A stretch of 63,804 nt of DNA, filler included, from Octopus bimaculoides (GCF_001194135.2; 10 parts of 9 records of this genome joined end to end with filler, not necessarily neighbours in it), one strand, 5' to 3'. Shown: positions 26,871 through 40,419, numbered from the whole stretch's first letter. The notes: generated by a model not told the origin, from the sequence alone. A program made the numbers and translations.

Positions 26871-27172
26871 NNNNNNNNNNNNNNNNNNNNNNNNNNNNNN
26901 NNNNNNNNNNNNNNNNNNNNNNNNNNNNNNNNNNNNNNNNNNNNNNNNNNNNNNNNNNNNNNNNNNNNNNNNNNNNNNNNNNNNNNNNNNNNNNNNNNNN
27001 NNNNNNNNNNNNNNNNNNNNNNNNNNNNNNNNNNNNNNNNNNNNNNNNNNNNNNNNNNNNNNNNNNNNNNNNNNNNNNNNNNNNNNNNNNNNNNNNNNNN
27101 NNNNNNNNNNNNNNNNNNNNNNNNNNNNNNNNNNNNNNNNNNNNNNNNNNNNNNNNCATATATGCACATATA

Positions 27173-27566
27173 GGCGCAGGAGTGGCTGTGTGGTAAGTAG
27201 CTTGCTTACCAACCACATGGTTCCAGGTTCAGTCCCACTGCGTGGCACCTTGGGCAAGTGTCTTCTACTATAGCCTCGGGCTGACCAAAGCCTTGTGAGT
27301 GGATTTGGTAGACGGAAACTGAAAGAAGACCGTTGTATATTTTATATATGTGTGTTTGTGTGTCTGTGTTTGTCCCCCCAACATCGCTTGACAACCGATG
27401 CTGGTATGTTTATGTCCCCGTAACTTAGCGGTTCGGCAGTAGAGACCGATAGAATAAGTACCAGGCTTCTAAAGAATAAGTCCTGGGGTCGATTTGCTCG
27501 ACTAAAGGCGGTGCTCCAGCATGGCCACAATCAAAAAGACTGAAACAAGTAAAAGAGTAAAAGAGT
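27173..27566 (+). mobile_element. SINE family A, identical to 26477-26870 (probable assembly overlap)
   Basis: 26461-26870 and 27157-27566 read identically, including 5' flank, on either side of an N gap. Confidence 0.9.
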
Positions 27567-28199
27567 ATATATATATATTGTGGTTAGTGTTTTTTTTATG
27601 TTGTTGCCACCCTGAGTTTCCTGGTCTTCAGGTAACTTCACATTGGCAATGACATTCTTCTCAGAATAGCAACACACGCATACACACACACCCTGACACT
27701 CACGTTTGCAGACTCTCACACACACAGACAAGCACATGTTTGTATTAGAACATCTTTAAATATGTCACTGTGTGTAGCCGTATGTGACGATGACGCTGAT
27801 GCTGATGCTGATGTCGTCTCGATTCCTTGTGCTTGCTGTTGTTGCTGTTGTCTCGAATATTGATGACAACAGCTGCTGCAGTAAGACGATAATAGTGATG
27901 ATGATGATAATGATGATGACGATGATGCTGATAGTGACGATGATGATGGCGATGATGTTATAATTATTATATAAGCTGTATTCTGCTTGTAATACTGTCT
28001 TCTTTCTTATGCACTCTCTTTCTTCAGCTGGTCTCACCTATTTCTACACTGACAGCACAGCTTAATACAGTTGCTATGGGTGGCGGTGGTGGTGGTGGTG
28101 GTGGTGGCGGCAATTGTGTCGACGACTATGATAATCGGGGAGGGCAACGATGACGACGACGGTCTATTTGTGGTGATGGGACTGACTGACAGATATGCA

Positions 28200-28253
<54 letters not shown>

Positions 28254-29383
28254 CATGCACTCGCACACACACAGACATACATGCTTTGTGTGTGTGTGTG
28301 TGCCTATCCTGATTAAAAGATCAGACCAAATATCAGTAAACTGTGAGAAAAATCTCCAGATTNNNNNNNNNNNNNNNNNNNNNNNNNNNNNNNNNNNNNN
28401 NNNNNNNNNNNNNNNNNNNNNNNNNNNNNNNNNNNNNNNNNNNNNNNNNNNNNNNNNNNNNNNNNNNNNNNNNNNNNNNNNNNNNNNNNNNNNNNNNNNN
28501 NNNNNNNNNNNNNNNNNNNNNNNNNNNNNNNNNNNNNNNNNNNNNNNNNNNNNNNNNNNNNNNNNNNNNNNNNNNNNNNNNNNNNNNNNNNNNNNNNNNN
28601 NNNNNNNNNNNNNNNNNNNNNNNNNNNNNNNNNNNNNNNNNNNNNNNNNNNNNNNNNNNNNNNNNNNNNNNNNNNNNNNNNNNNNNNNNNNNNNNNNNNN
28701 NNNNNNNNNNNNNNNNNNNNNNNNNNNNNNNNNNNNNNNNNNNNNNNNNNNNNNNNNNNNNNNNNNNNNNNNNNNNNNNNNNNNNNNNNNNNNNNNNNNN
28801 NNNNNNNNNNNNNNNNNNNNNNNNNNNNNNNNNNNNNNNNNNNNNNNNNNNNNNNNNNNNNNNNNNNNNNNNNNNNNNNNNNNNNNNNNNNNNNNNNNNN
28901 NNNNNNNNNNNNNNNNNNNNNNNNNNNNNNNNNNNNNNNNNNNNNNNNNNNNNNNNNNNNNNNNNNNNNNNNNNNNNNNNNNNNNNNNNNNNNNNNNNNN
29001 NNNNNNNNNNNNNNNNNNNTCTCTCTCTCTCTCTCTCTCTCTCTTGCTCTCTCCGCTGTGTCTTCTTTCTTTCTTCTCCAGTCCCCTTTTTTTTCTCTCT
29101 TCTCTTGTCTTCGCTTCTTCCTCTGTCTTCTCTCTTCTCCCCTGCTTCCCAATATTTCTACTTCCTTCCTTATCTCCATCTCTCTTACTCCCCTGTAAGC
29201 CGCCACCACCACCACTCCATCCCTGACTCCCTCCCACACAAATTACATCACCACAAACCTACTCCATACTTAACCAGCAAAACATTGTCTTCTTCTTCCT
29301 CTCTACTGCACACCCTCCACATCCACATGTGCTTGTGTTTATCTAGCACATATAGACACCCACAAGTGTGGTTCTATATATAC

Positions 29384-29422
<39 letters not shown>

Positions 29423-29717
29423 NNNNNNNNNNNNNNNNNNNNNNNNNNNNNNNNNNNNNNNNNNNNTTAATTAATTAANNNNNNNNNNNNNNNNNNNNNN
29501 NNNNNNNNNNNNNNNNNNNNNNTACAATAATCAGATTTACAATTCTACCAATGCATCTTCAGGTTCTTTTTCAAAATATTGTTAATCTAATTTTACACCA
29601 CTTTAAAATAAAGCGTTAAATTAAACATTAAATTAAACATTGAAAATTGAAAATTAGACTTCATAAAGTTAAGAATTAAAAGTTATAAATTATACATTAT
29701 AAATATGAATTAGTCAT

Positions 29718-30235
29718 AATCATCAGCGTTTAACGTCCGCCTTCCATGCTAGCATGTGTTGGATGATTTGACTGAAAACTGGCGAACCAGAAGGCTGCAC
29801 CAGGCTCCAATCTGATCTGGCAGAGTTTCTACAGCTGGATGCCCTTCCTAACGCCAAACACTCTGACAGTGTAGTGGGTGCTTTTACGTGCCACCGGTAT
29901 GAGGGCCAGTCAGGCAGTACTGGCAATGGCCACACTCAAAATGGTGTTTTTTACGTGCCACCTGCACAGGAGCCAGTCCAGTGGCACTGGCATTGACCTC
30001 GCTCAAATGTTTTTGAAGGTCGTGCTTCACCACCTCATCCTAGGTCTTCCTGGCTCTACCTCTTCCACAAGTTCCCTCAACCACTAGGGTGTGGCACTTT
30101 TTCACATAGCTATCCTCATCCATTCTCGCCACATGACCATACCAGCGCAATCGTCTCTGTTGCACACCACATCTGATGCTTCTTTGGTCCAACTTTTCTC
30201 TCAAGGTACTTACACTCTGTCGAGTATGCGCACTA
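29718..30235 (-). mobile_element. RTE-clade LINE 3' end
   Basis: Minus frame LREKLDQRSIRCGVQQRRLRWYGHVARMDEDSYVKKCHTLVVEGTCGRGRARKT is an RTE ORF C-terminus. The 3' UTR ends GGACGTTAAACGCTGATGA. Confidence 0.85.
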
Positions 30236-30480
30236 TATATATCGAACTTATAAAGTCAAGTATATAATGTCAAATACAAAATATAAGATATAAAATATAC
30301 ATCAGAATAAAAATGTCTGTGATTAAATGTGAAAAATAACATTAAAAATGCAGATACATATCCCCCTTTTATGGATCAAGATGTCTTTCAAAATGGCGAT
30401 TAGAGGAAGTGAAGATAGCAGAGCACTATGGGAATTTATTGGTGATTACTACCATACAGGGTAATTCCACTATACGTACT

Positions 30481-30689
30481 CTTCTACTCTTTGACTTGTT
30501 TCAGTCATTTGACTGCGGCCATGCTGGAGCACCACCTTTAGTCGAGTGAATCGACCCCAGGACTTATTCTTTGTAAGCCTAGTACTTATTCCATCGTTCT
30601 CTTTTGCCGAACCGCTAAGTTACGGGGACGTAAACACACCAGCATCGGTTGTCAAGTGATGTTGGGGGGACAAACAGAGACACACAAAA

Positions 30690-30762
<73 letters not shown>

Positions 30763-30922
30763 CATATACGATGGGCTTCTTTCAGTTTCCGTCTACCAAA
30801 TCCACTCACAAGGCTTTGGTCGGCCCGAGGCTATAGTAGAAGACACTTGCCCAAGGTGCCACGCAGTGGGACTGAACCCAGAACCATGAGGTTGAGAAGC
30901 AAGCTACTTACCACACAGCCAC
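30481..30922 (-). mobile_element. SINE family A, near full length
   Basis: Reverse complement of 26477-26870, with an expanded internal (CA)n(TA)n tract. Confidence 0.95.
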
Positions 30923-31103
30923 TATTAGTTTAATTTAAATTATCTTCTATTATTATCTTCAAACTAATTATGTTCAGGGTTATATATGATTTGTTATAAT
31001 ATAATTTTTAGTAATATTTAATTTATTTACTTAATTATTTATATAATCTATTCAAATACTGCAGTAATCAAAATTGTATGGTTATTAGATTCAAGGGGCG
31101 GGG

Positions 31104-32485
31104 TCAGTATTTCATTTTATTAAAAGTAAAATTAATTTTGTGTCTTCATTTACCTCCTCGTTCATCGTATGTGTTTAGTAATTCATCTCTAGACTTTATC
31201 AGTTTCATAAATTCTGTTATACATAATAACCTCATTTTGTCGCCAATATTTTAAGAGTGGGCTCTAACTATTATACTCCAACTAAGAGTGTAATCTCCTT
31301 TTCTAGATTTTAATTTCCATATATATTTACTTAAACCTGTGGACTTACTTAAATTAGGATTTTTGAAAGTCTAGTAGTGTTGGGAGATTCTTTTTTAATT
31401 TCATTGGCTGTAGATCCTATATAAACCTTATTTATAATTTTATTATTATTGTTCTTAGAACTTATCAATTTATAAATTACATTATCAATATTACAATTAT
31501 TAGAGAGCTTACATTTAGTCTTATCACGACATGAGCATTTTTCTATCTGTTGATTACGACTCCCATCACTATCGGTTACATTATGGCTAGGGCTATTATT
31601 TCTTGTGCTATTATAATAATTATTTAATTTCTTATTTATTGAGGAAATGGTATTACCTACATTACTCAATGTTGAGTAGCCTACTCTTATGGTTTTATTG
31701 GAAAATATATTTGAATAAATTTTCTCTTTATTAAAAGACATTTTTTACAATTTTAAGTGTCTCCTTAATATTAGTCATCACTTGAGCCCCATACTGAATA
31801 ATTAACCATATAATATCCTTTTTACTTTTTATATTTTTTATATTACCATTATTAGAAATCGTCAGTATTAAAGTGCTATTCTTAGGTGTATTATATCTCC
31901 GCCTGTATAATTTACTATGTTTCTTACTATTGATCATATTTTCATTATCAGTATTACTATTATTATTGCAATCATTAATAAAAACTATATTGTTTTTATC
32001 TTTATTTAGTTTCTTATATTGTCTTTTATTATTATTCATATTTTTGCTGTTAGAATTCTTATTAGGATTACCTGTTATATTATTAAGGTGTTCGTAATAT
32101 TTAAAGAATTTTATAATAGAGTTATATCCTGCTTCTTTTAATGCCTTATTATAATATTTATAAAAAGTGTCATAATCTGAGGATAGCATAGATATTCTTT
32201 TGCCTATATTATCTATTAAAGCTTCTTTAACGATCTAGGATGGTTACTTAAAGAACTAATATACATTAAATTTTCATTCAACTTATGGAATGGATGGATC
32301 TTATTAGTGACAAGATTAAGGTTGACATCTAGATAATTTACTGCATAGTGTTCATTCTCTATAGATATCCCTAGGCCATAATTCTTGAAGAACTTGTACA
32401 TTTTCTTCTTAAGGCATTCTAATGACTTATTAGTACAGTTCCTGGTTATAAGTAGTAATAAGATCAAAGACGTTCCATCCATGAC
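31104..32485 (-). mobile_element. Penelope-like element remnant (RT thumb region plus GIY-YIG endonuclease)
   Basis: VNYLDVNLNL...YISSLSNHP, YNKALKEAGY, IFSNKTIRVGYSTLSN, CSCRDKTKCKLSNNCNIDNVIYK...KVYIGST...RISQHY...LSKYIWKLK...LCITE. Stops and frameshifts are present. Confidence 0.9.
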
Positions 32486-32619
32486 CTATGTCTTTTTACT
32501 ACCTTATGTGCAAGGAACCAGATCCACATTGTCTAGTGTGGCTCCATTTTTTTTTTAGCCAGTGGAATATCTAAGGAAAATTTAGTTGCTATTTCAAGAA
32601 GGTCAGGTGACAACATAAT

Positions 32620-32980
32620 GCTCACTTAATAGCTGTGATTGCAAACGTGGTTGATGCCAGTGCCCCCTGACTGGCTCTCGTGCCAGTGGCATGTAAAGAG
32701 CATCATCCAAACGTGGTTGATGCCAGTACCCCGTGACTGGCTTCCGTGCCGGTTGCACATAAAACGTACCATCCAAACATGGTTGATTCCAGTACCCTCT
32801 GACTGGCTCCCATGCTAGTGACACGTAAAAAGCACCCACTACACACTTGGAGTGGTTGGCATTAGGAAGACTGGATGCCCTGGTGCAGCCTATTGGCTTG
32901 CCAGTCTTCAGTCAATCTGCTCAACCCTTGCCAACACGGAAAGCAGACATTAACGGATGATAACGATGATGATAATGACT
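32620..32980 (+). mobile_element. RTE-type 3' UTR fragment with three 66-bp tandem units
   Basis: Units start AAACGTGGTTGATGCCAGT at 32643, 32709 and 32775. GTAAAAAGCACCCACTACAC...GTTGGCATTAGGAAG matches the reverse complement of the RTE tail at 29718-29890. Confidence 0.75.
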
Positions 32981-33429
32981 TAGATATATATGGAAGATAG
33001 CAATGAGGATGAGTGTAGGAGTGAGGTGAGTGAAGAGGATGCACAACACTGCAAGAATGGTGTATGTTGATTGAGGTGATCATAGTGATGATAATGACAG
33101 AAGATGATGATAACAAAGGTGATAATGCAATAGTTATCCCCCTGACAATGATCATAAATAATTCAGAACTACCAAAAAAGGAGAAAAAAGAAACAAATAA
33201 GAGAATAAATTAGAATATAAATTCCAAAAATGATCACACACACACACACACACACACATACGCACTTATATGCATAAACACACACACACAATGCACACAC
33301 AAGCACAATAAAAAGATTTACTCACCAAAATGTATTATGGAACCAACGCCATCTGCAATAAAAATGGAGATAATATGAATAATAATAATGATGATGATGA
33401 TTTCTTTTATTAACAACAACAACAACAAT

Positions 33430-33780
33430 CTTTTCTGCTATAGGTACAAAGACCTGAAATTGGGAAGGAGGGGTAAGTTGATTAAAGCAATGCCAGTGCT
33501 CAACTGGTACTTGTTTTATTGACCCTGAAAGGATGAAAAGCAAAGTTGATCTCAGCGGAATTTGAACTCAGAAAGTAAAGATGGAGGAAATGCAGCTAAG
33601 CATTTTGCCCAGTGTGCTAACAATTCTGCCAGCTCACTGCCTTAAATAAGGGTTTCTATTATAGGCACAAAGCCTGAAATTTTGGTGGATGGGGGCTAGT
33701 TAACTACATTGATCCAGTGTTCAACAAGTACTTATATTATTGATAAAAAAAAGAATAAACGGCAAAATTGACTTTGGTGA
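33430..33780 (-). mobile_element. Two tandem SINE family D copies (second truncated)
   Basis: GACCCTGAAAGGATGAAAAGCAAAGTTGATCTCAGCGGAATTTGAACTCAGAA...CTGCCAGCTCACTGCC, then a second GGCACAAAGCCTGAAATTTTGG block. Confidence 0.8.
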
Positions 33781-33789
33781 AATAACAAC

Positions 33790-36040
33790 AACAACAATAA
33801 TATTTTCTTTATTGGCCACAAGGGCTGCACACAAAAACAAAGGAGAGTGGAGATTTACATGTAGTGCATGTAAAGAATAACAATGAACAATAAAAATTCA
33901 AATAATAAAATTCCCCAAAAGGAGGGAAGCTCCATCCAGTGGCAACCAAGGAAGCCCACACATCCTGGACACTTTGAATGCCAAGGGCACCTCAGGTAGG
34001 TACCACTCCCCTCTCCACTCCCTTCAGTTTCCAGGTGCATGTTCAGTGTAGGCTCATTCACATGGGCCATCCTTTCTACATTCACTCTCCTTTCAACAAA
34101 AATACTAGGGATGGGGTGGGGAGCAGTACTTCCTCTCCACCCACACTTTCTTTTTTCAAATGGAACTTGAAAAAGTCGATGAGGGCTTCACTGAAGAGGA
34201 AAGTATCTGTCTTCAGTCCTTTCCACCTTGTCCACCACACAACCTCTTTCACCATATCCACCAGACAGAAAAACTGTCTTCTCTTCCTTGCCAAAAGAAG
34301 GCAGCAGAGCAATCCTCACAGTAGATTAAACTGATAACCAGATTCATCCTGATTGCACCAACAGCTGTTCCACAAGTCAGCAATGACTGAACATTGGACA
34401 TGCTGAATGCTGAATGATTTCATCACTCTACGCACATCTCGGACATGTCCATCTGATAGCACTTCCATACCTGTAGAACTTTTCCTGAACTGGCAGAGCT
34501 CCTTGGTAACACTGTCAGGCCAGGGATTTCTGGAAATGATCCATAGTCTGTAGCCTGAAAGTTCTCTGGAAAAGACCAGCTAATTTATCCATCCAGACGT
34601 CCAGAGTTTCTCCAAGCATGTTGTCACTCTTGCTCGTCTCTTGTGAGCCAGCATGTGCAAAAGGAGTGAGAGTGTATATCCTTGATGGACCAAACATGCA
34701 ATATTAAACGATTCTGATAAGTGATCATTTACTTTGACCACCAAATAGATGTCACTGTACATTGCAACGATCCAGCCTCTGAAAATGGGAATGAAACTGG
34801 CCACCGTGAGGACAGCCTCCAATAACTAGTGTTCTACCCTATCAAAAGTATTTTATGGAACCAAATTGGTCAGAGCCCCATCCATGCCAAGTTCCTTACT
34901 CAACCTCTCTCTGATGTAACTCATGAGATAGAGGTTGTCATCGACAGATTGATTTGAGATAGCACACATCTGAGCATCACTGACCAGGTTATTGATGACA
35001 AATGACACTCTCTTGTAATCTGTGTTCAACAGAGCTATGGGCCTAAAATTGTTTATTTGGTCCCCTTTGTCCGGATCCTTTCTCAGAAACATCACCACAC
35101 CACAACTCACAGCACTGTGAGCTGCCAGTTCCCCCATTCTGCTGCCAGTTGCGGTAGACATCTGTCAAGAGATCATCAACCAAGTCTGACATATGAAAAT
35201 AATGTGCAAAGGACAGACCATCCAGCCCTAGAGACTTCTCCGTTGTGCAGTTAGTCTTCACATCCCATATGTCTTCAGCTGTTACCAGCATTCTGAAGAA
35301 CTCTGCATCCCTGGCCGAAAGGCATGGCATGCTGCTGAGGTAGGAGGTGAAATCTTCCTCCATTCTGACTCACTGTGCACTCTGTACAGTTTGGAAAAGT
35401 GCTGCTGAAATTCTGCACACATCTGCTTGGATTCGAGTAGCATGCGCACATTCAGACCTGTCAAAAACTGAATTGTGGATTCATAGCCACATTACACCTC
35501 TGCCACCTGGGCCCTTCAAACAGCTTTCCTTTCCTCATGTCTTAGTGCACACATCCTAGCTCTGTCAACACAACCTTCATGGTTGACCATGAAGAATTGA
35601 TCAAAAACCAATCATGCCACCATCATGGCAGTTGTTATGCCACTTCTAAGCATATCTTTTAGCTTCCTAAACAGGTCTCCCTCTATCATAGATTTCTCTA
35701 CTTCTTTACCAAATCCTACTGCCTCTACTCTAATAGCCCTTTTGAGGGCTATCCACCATCGGCTATTGATGACTGCACCCAGCAACTTCCAATGGGCTAA
35801 CTTGCTAACCTGGTCTCTGAAAGCTTGACACAATGGGAAAGATGCACTCAGAGTCCAGTATCTGGGGCTCTGCCTATGGACACTATCTAAGTCAACTGCA
35901 CAGAACACAAATTTGTAGTCTGTGTAGCCAACAACTCTGAATTGTGGACAATTGATTCTACTTCTAACCACAGGCCTACAAATTACTCTAGATACTATCT
36001 GGATGACTCAATGCTGTTTGCCCATGTCCTAATCACTTTA
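33790..36040 (-). mobile_element. Tx1/L1-clade LINE, 5'-truncated and internally deleted (APE end, RT, C-terminus, 3' UTR)
   Basis: VVGYTDYKFV...HRQSPRYWTLSASF (APE end), KSLGLDGL, KGDQINNFRPIALLNTDYK, VKVNDHLSESFNIACLVHQGYTLSLLL (RT), and KEVVWWTRWKGLK...FFKFHLK (C-terminus). Many stops and frameshifts. Confidence 0.9.
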
Positions 36041-38169
36041 ATTTCATTTTCCCCCCATCTGTAGCAGAGTAGACTGTATTAGTCCACAGCTAAATACATC
36101 ATCATCTATATTAACCTTTCATCACTGCATCTGTAAATCTCGGCATCATGAATCCTAACCTTACCCTGCTCCCTCTCCTCCCTCTCTGGAATCTCTTTAA
36201 TCACAGACAGCTTAACCAGGTATTTTTTGTCACCCAACAAAATGCAACCACAACATTAGTTATTCCTCCTACTCTGTGAATACATGTGTATGAGCACATG
36301 GGTGTAAGAATGTTTCTAACACCATGGATTTTACTAAACTCCTAAGTGCTCAGTTTGAGATACCCTTTCTCTAAATTAATAATAATAATTTCTGATGTTT
36401 CATTCTTACAGGGAAACAAGATTAGAAATTTGTGAGAGGGGGTTAGTTGATTCAATCGACTAGTACTTTCTGAATGAGGAAATGCAAACTGCCTTGCTGA
36501 GATTTCAACTCTGGTACATAGAAACTGAACACTTATTGTAAGGCATTTTGTCTGCCTTTCTAGCAACTCTGCTAAAACATAACTCTAGTATTAACTGAAG
36601 CACAAAGCTGGCAATTTTAAGTCGAAAAGAGTTAGCAGAACTAAAGAGGTATTGTACAGAGTAGGCCAAAAGTCATGTACCAATAAGTTCAATATGCTCT
36701 GAAATTGTCAAAGATGTGTTTCAGTTTTTCTAAAATTGAAGAAAATCAATAAGATAATGATGAATACACACATACTCGTACATGATGAACAAAATGAATA
36801 ATAATATTAATAAATGTAATACAAATAAAACGTCAAATGTTTTAGTGTGCGACTCTTGGCCCATCCTGTATTTTACCAACCTCAAAAGGAATAGAAGTGA
36901 ATTTGTCCTTAGCAGGATTTGTATTCAGAATGTATAGAATTGGAAGGAAAACCAGCTTGCCATTCATCTGCTAGAATAATTGCTTCAAAGGCACAAGGCC
37001 AGAAATTTGGCATTAGTCAATTATATCAACTTCTCTGCTCAGCTGATACCCTGGAAAGGGTGAAAGCTTGACCTCAACAGGATTTGGATTCAAAATGTAA
37101 AAAGCTGGAACAAATATTGCAAAGCATTTTTTTTATGCTAAAACAATTCTGCTGATCCATCTCTGTAATAACAACAATAACAGCAAACAGAACAGCAATT
37201 ACAACAAAATGCATAAACAGACAGCCAGGCAGACAATCAAAAACGCACAGAAACAGAAAAATAGACAGAGAAAGAATGAAGAATTATAAGAAAATTTAAA
37301 ACAGAATAACAAAATTTTAAGGAATGGACCACAGTTCCTGCCCTAAACTTTTGGTATGTTAAATGTAAATCAAAGTGATAGTTGCCCATCACATCACTGA
37401 TCTGTATATATGCATGTGTATATATATATATTTATTGGTATATATAAGTGTACATACATGTATCAGTATATATATATGCATGTGTACCTGTGTATATTGT
37501 AATGTATATATGTGTGTTTGTATATATGCATGTGTATGTGCAGCCATGCAGTTAGAGTGATTCATTATTTACTTCATTTCATTGCTCCAACTGTGCAGTG
37601 ATGTTCAACATGTGTGTGCACTGGCCTGTTATTAATATACATTGGTGCTTATTGTGAATATGCACTGATCTGAAGTGAATATAACATACACTGGCATTCC
37701 CCAGCTGTGTGCCCTGGTCTCTTTCACTATAATCCATTCATCAACACTCTACAACCACTGACTTATAATACACAGTTTCCTCTGTTTGTCTCTAACAGCT
37801 ATATTGCTTTCTGATTCTCTAAACAATCTAGCTAAATACACCATCATCGTCATCGTCATCATCATCATCGTTGTTGTCGTCATCATCGTCATTGTCACTG
37901 TCATCATCATCATCATTGTTTTAATGTCTACTTTTTCATTCAATCATTATGAGTTGGATGAATTTTGTGATGGTAAGCACTCTATGGCCAAATACCCTCT
38001 CTATTACTAACAATTGCAGTTCTTGCATTATTATCCCATGGTTAGACATGTTTTCATAAAACATTGGAAATGAAGGATACCAATTTTTGACACTAACACT
38101 CATTTGCAACTATCGTGCGATGCCAAAGCTAGGAGACATTCACACTTTCCCACTCAATCATGCAATGAT

Positions 38170-38310
38170 TTTCTTTCAGTTTCCATCTATCAAATCCATT
38201 CATGAGGCTCTGGTTGACTAGAGGCTATAATAGAAGACTCTTGCTCAAGGTGCCATACAGTGGGACTGAACCTGAAGTCATGTGACTGGGAAGCAAACTT
38301 CTGAACCACA
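38170..38310 (-). mobile_element. Degenerate SINE family A head
   Basis: TTTCAGTTTCCATCTATCAAATCCATTCATGAGG...CAGTGGGACTGAACC. Confidence 0.75.
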
Positions 38311-38512
38311 CAAGTATCTCTGGCTTTATCCATCCATGCCTACATCTATAAAATCTATACAAATTTAACTAAAACCTATCAGTTTCACTGAGTGCTCTTT
38401 CTTCCAGGCTTCCATTGTTTTGGATGATAAACTTGTAGGATTTGCTGTAATGGATAAAAGCCATGCAAACAAAAATTCATAGTAACGTGTGTTGTACATC
38501 TGACTATATTTG

Positions 38513-38569
<57 letters not shown>

Positions 38570-39345
38570 TATATTAGTGTGTACTGCAATACCAAAGTCA
38601 GTCTGTTTGATTGCCTGTATGTAAGATTTAGTTTGATATATATGGTATGGACAGCTGCTTTAAAGTATGTTTATCCTTTGGATTGGTATGCGCTTGGGTT
38701 CCATTGTGTATATGATGTCTTATGTGTTTGTGCGTATGCGAGAGTGAGGGGAAAATGTCTGAACGATTTTATGCATGTGTGTGTGGTGGATGGGAAGAAT
38801 TTGCAGGTATGTATGTAAACAGAGAGACACACGCACACAATGCTCTTGATATGTTTAACTAACAAATTTAATGTAAACATGTTTAGCTAAGATGACAGCA
38901 GAAAGTCAAACTTCTCATTTACTTTCCATTTCCTGTTTAAATAGAACCTTAGGGTCTATCCTGTCAAACCCCGTCCCACAAAGGGACACTTACACCAACT
39001 GGCCAAAAACAAACTATTTGTAACTCTTTTTTCTTTAGATCATTTTTAGTAAATCTTTTACAATCAATCATGCCAGCTTGAGTACATTATTTCTGAAGCT
39101 GATGAAATCTAATAGACTGAAACATGTCCATAGTTACCTTTCTTACCTTCTAACAGGCTTCTAATTAAGCAAGTAAATTGATTTTTATTTATGAGATTAA
39201 AGTCTTAATTTATCTAAAGTATGGTAGTTTGTCTTTAAGAATCATTGAAAATTGTTGCAAGGATTTTGTTATTTTCTTCTCCAGCTAAAAGACAAATTTC
39301 AATCAAATGATAATTTTTTATACAAAATTTAGCATATTCACGCAT

Positions 39346-39346
<1 letters not shown>

Positions 39347-39440
<94 letters not shown>

Positions 39441-39700
39441 ACACACACCACACACACACACACACACACATGCACGCATGCACACACATATACATACAGA
39501 AAACACAGAGCTTTGCATTGATGCTAGCTTCTTCCTTGCCAATACTACCTTCACCACTACCACAATTACTACTACCACCACTACCACCACCACCATCACT
39601 ACTGCCACCACCACTACTTTTACCACCAACATCACTGCCAGTATTAGCACCATCACTACCATCTCAACCACCATCACTACCATCATCACCATCTCCACAT
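39347..39700 (+). repeat. (CA)n followed by an (ACC/ACT/ATC)n low-complexity tract
   Basis: Direct inspection; this tract produces the spurious His/Thr-rich ORFs. Confidence 0.9.
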
Positions 39701-39799
39701 AGATGTCTCTATTATTTCTTATTTTCTTCCTTTTTTTAATTTCATCTTTGTACTATCCACTACCTTGGAGCTTTGTCACTAATAAAGACTCATTATTAT

Positions 39800-40020
39800 T
39801 GGGGAGCTAGCAGAATTGTTAGCAAGCTGGACAAAATACTTGACAGTAACATTTCATTTGTCTTTATGTTCTGAGTTCAATTTCTAGTGAGGGTGACTTT
39901 GTGTTTCATCTCTAGGGTTCAATGAAATAACTACTAGTTGAATACTGGGGTTGATGTAATCAGCTAAGCCACCTTCCCCCCAAATTTGAGGTCTTATGCC
40001 TATATTAGAAAGGGTTATTA
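39800..40020 (+). mobile_element. Degenerate SINE family D
   Basis: GAGCTAGCAGAATTGTTAGC...TTCTGAGTTCAA...CTGGGGTTGATGTAATC...AAATTTGAGGTCTTATGCC, then an (ATT)n tail. Confidence 0.75.
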
Positions 40021-40419
40021 TTATTATTATTATCATTATTCAGTAGTCTTATTTTTATCATGTGCTTTCATTGCACTACCAACATACATACATATGCACA
40101 CAGACACATCTATGCACACATATCTGCATTAAACATTTCAATTGTTTATCATTATGTGCACATAACTGTGGAGTTTCAGAGATTTTGAAGCTAAACTTGG
40201 TCCATGGAAGTGTAAATTCATAAGACTGTATATGTGCCTTCTTTTCTGTGAATCATGTGATGTAATGAATATGTGCAATGCAGATATATCTGTGTAATGA
40301 GGGAATCCAACACAAGTTTGTGTCTTTTATGCATAATATTCATTTAATGCATATATTCGATGTACAGAGAAGAAATTAACTGGGTTGGAGTAGTGGCGAA
40401 GTAGGTGGGGTATCGTGCT

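Noticed and set aside
26461-27566. Apparent perfect 410-bp tandem duplication containing a SINE
   Set aside because: Identical copies sit on either side of an N gap, typical of unmerged overlapping contig ends. Long reads would be needed to claim it as real.
27765-28160. Ser/Gln-, His- or Ile-rich frames over (GAT)/(GCT)/(GGT) repeats
   Set aside because: Trinucleotide low-complexity sequence; alternative frames have stops nearby and there are no convincing splice boundaries.
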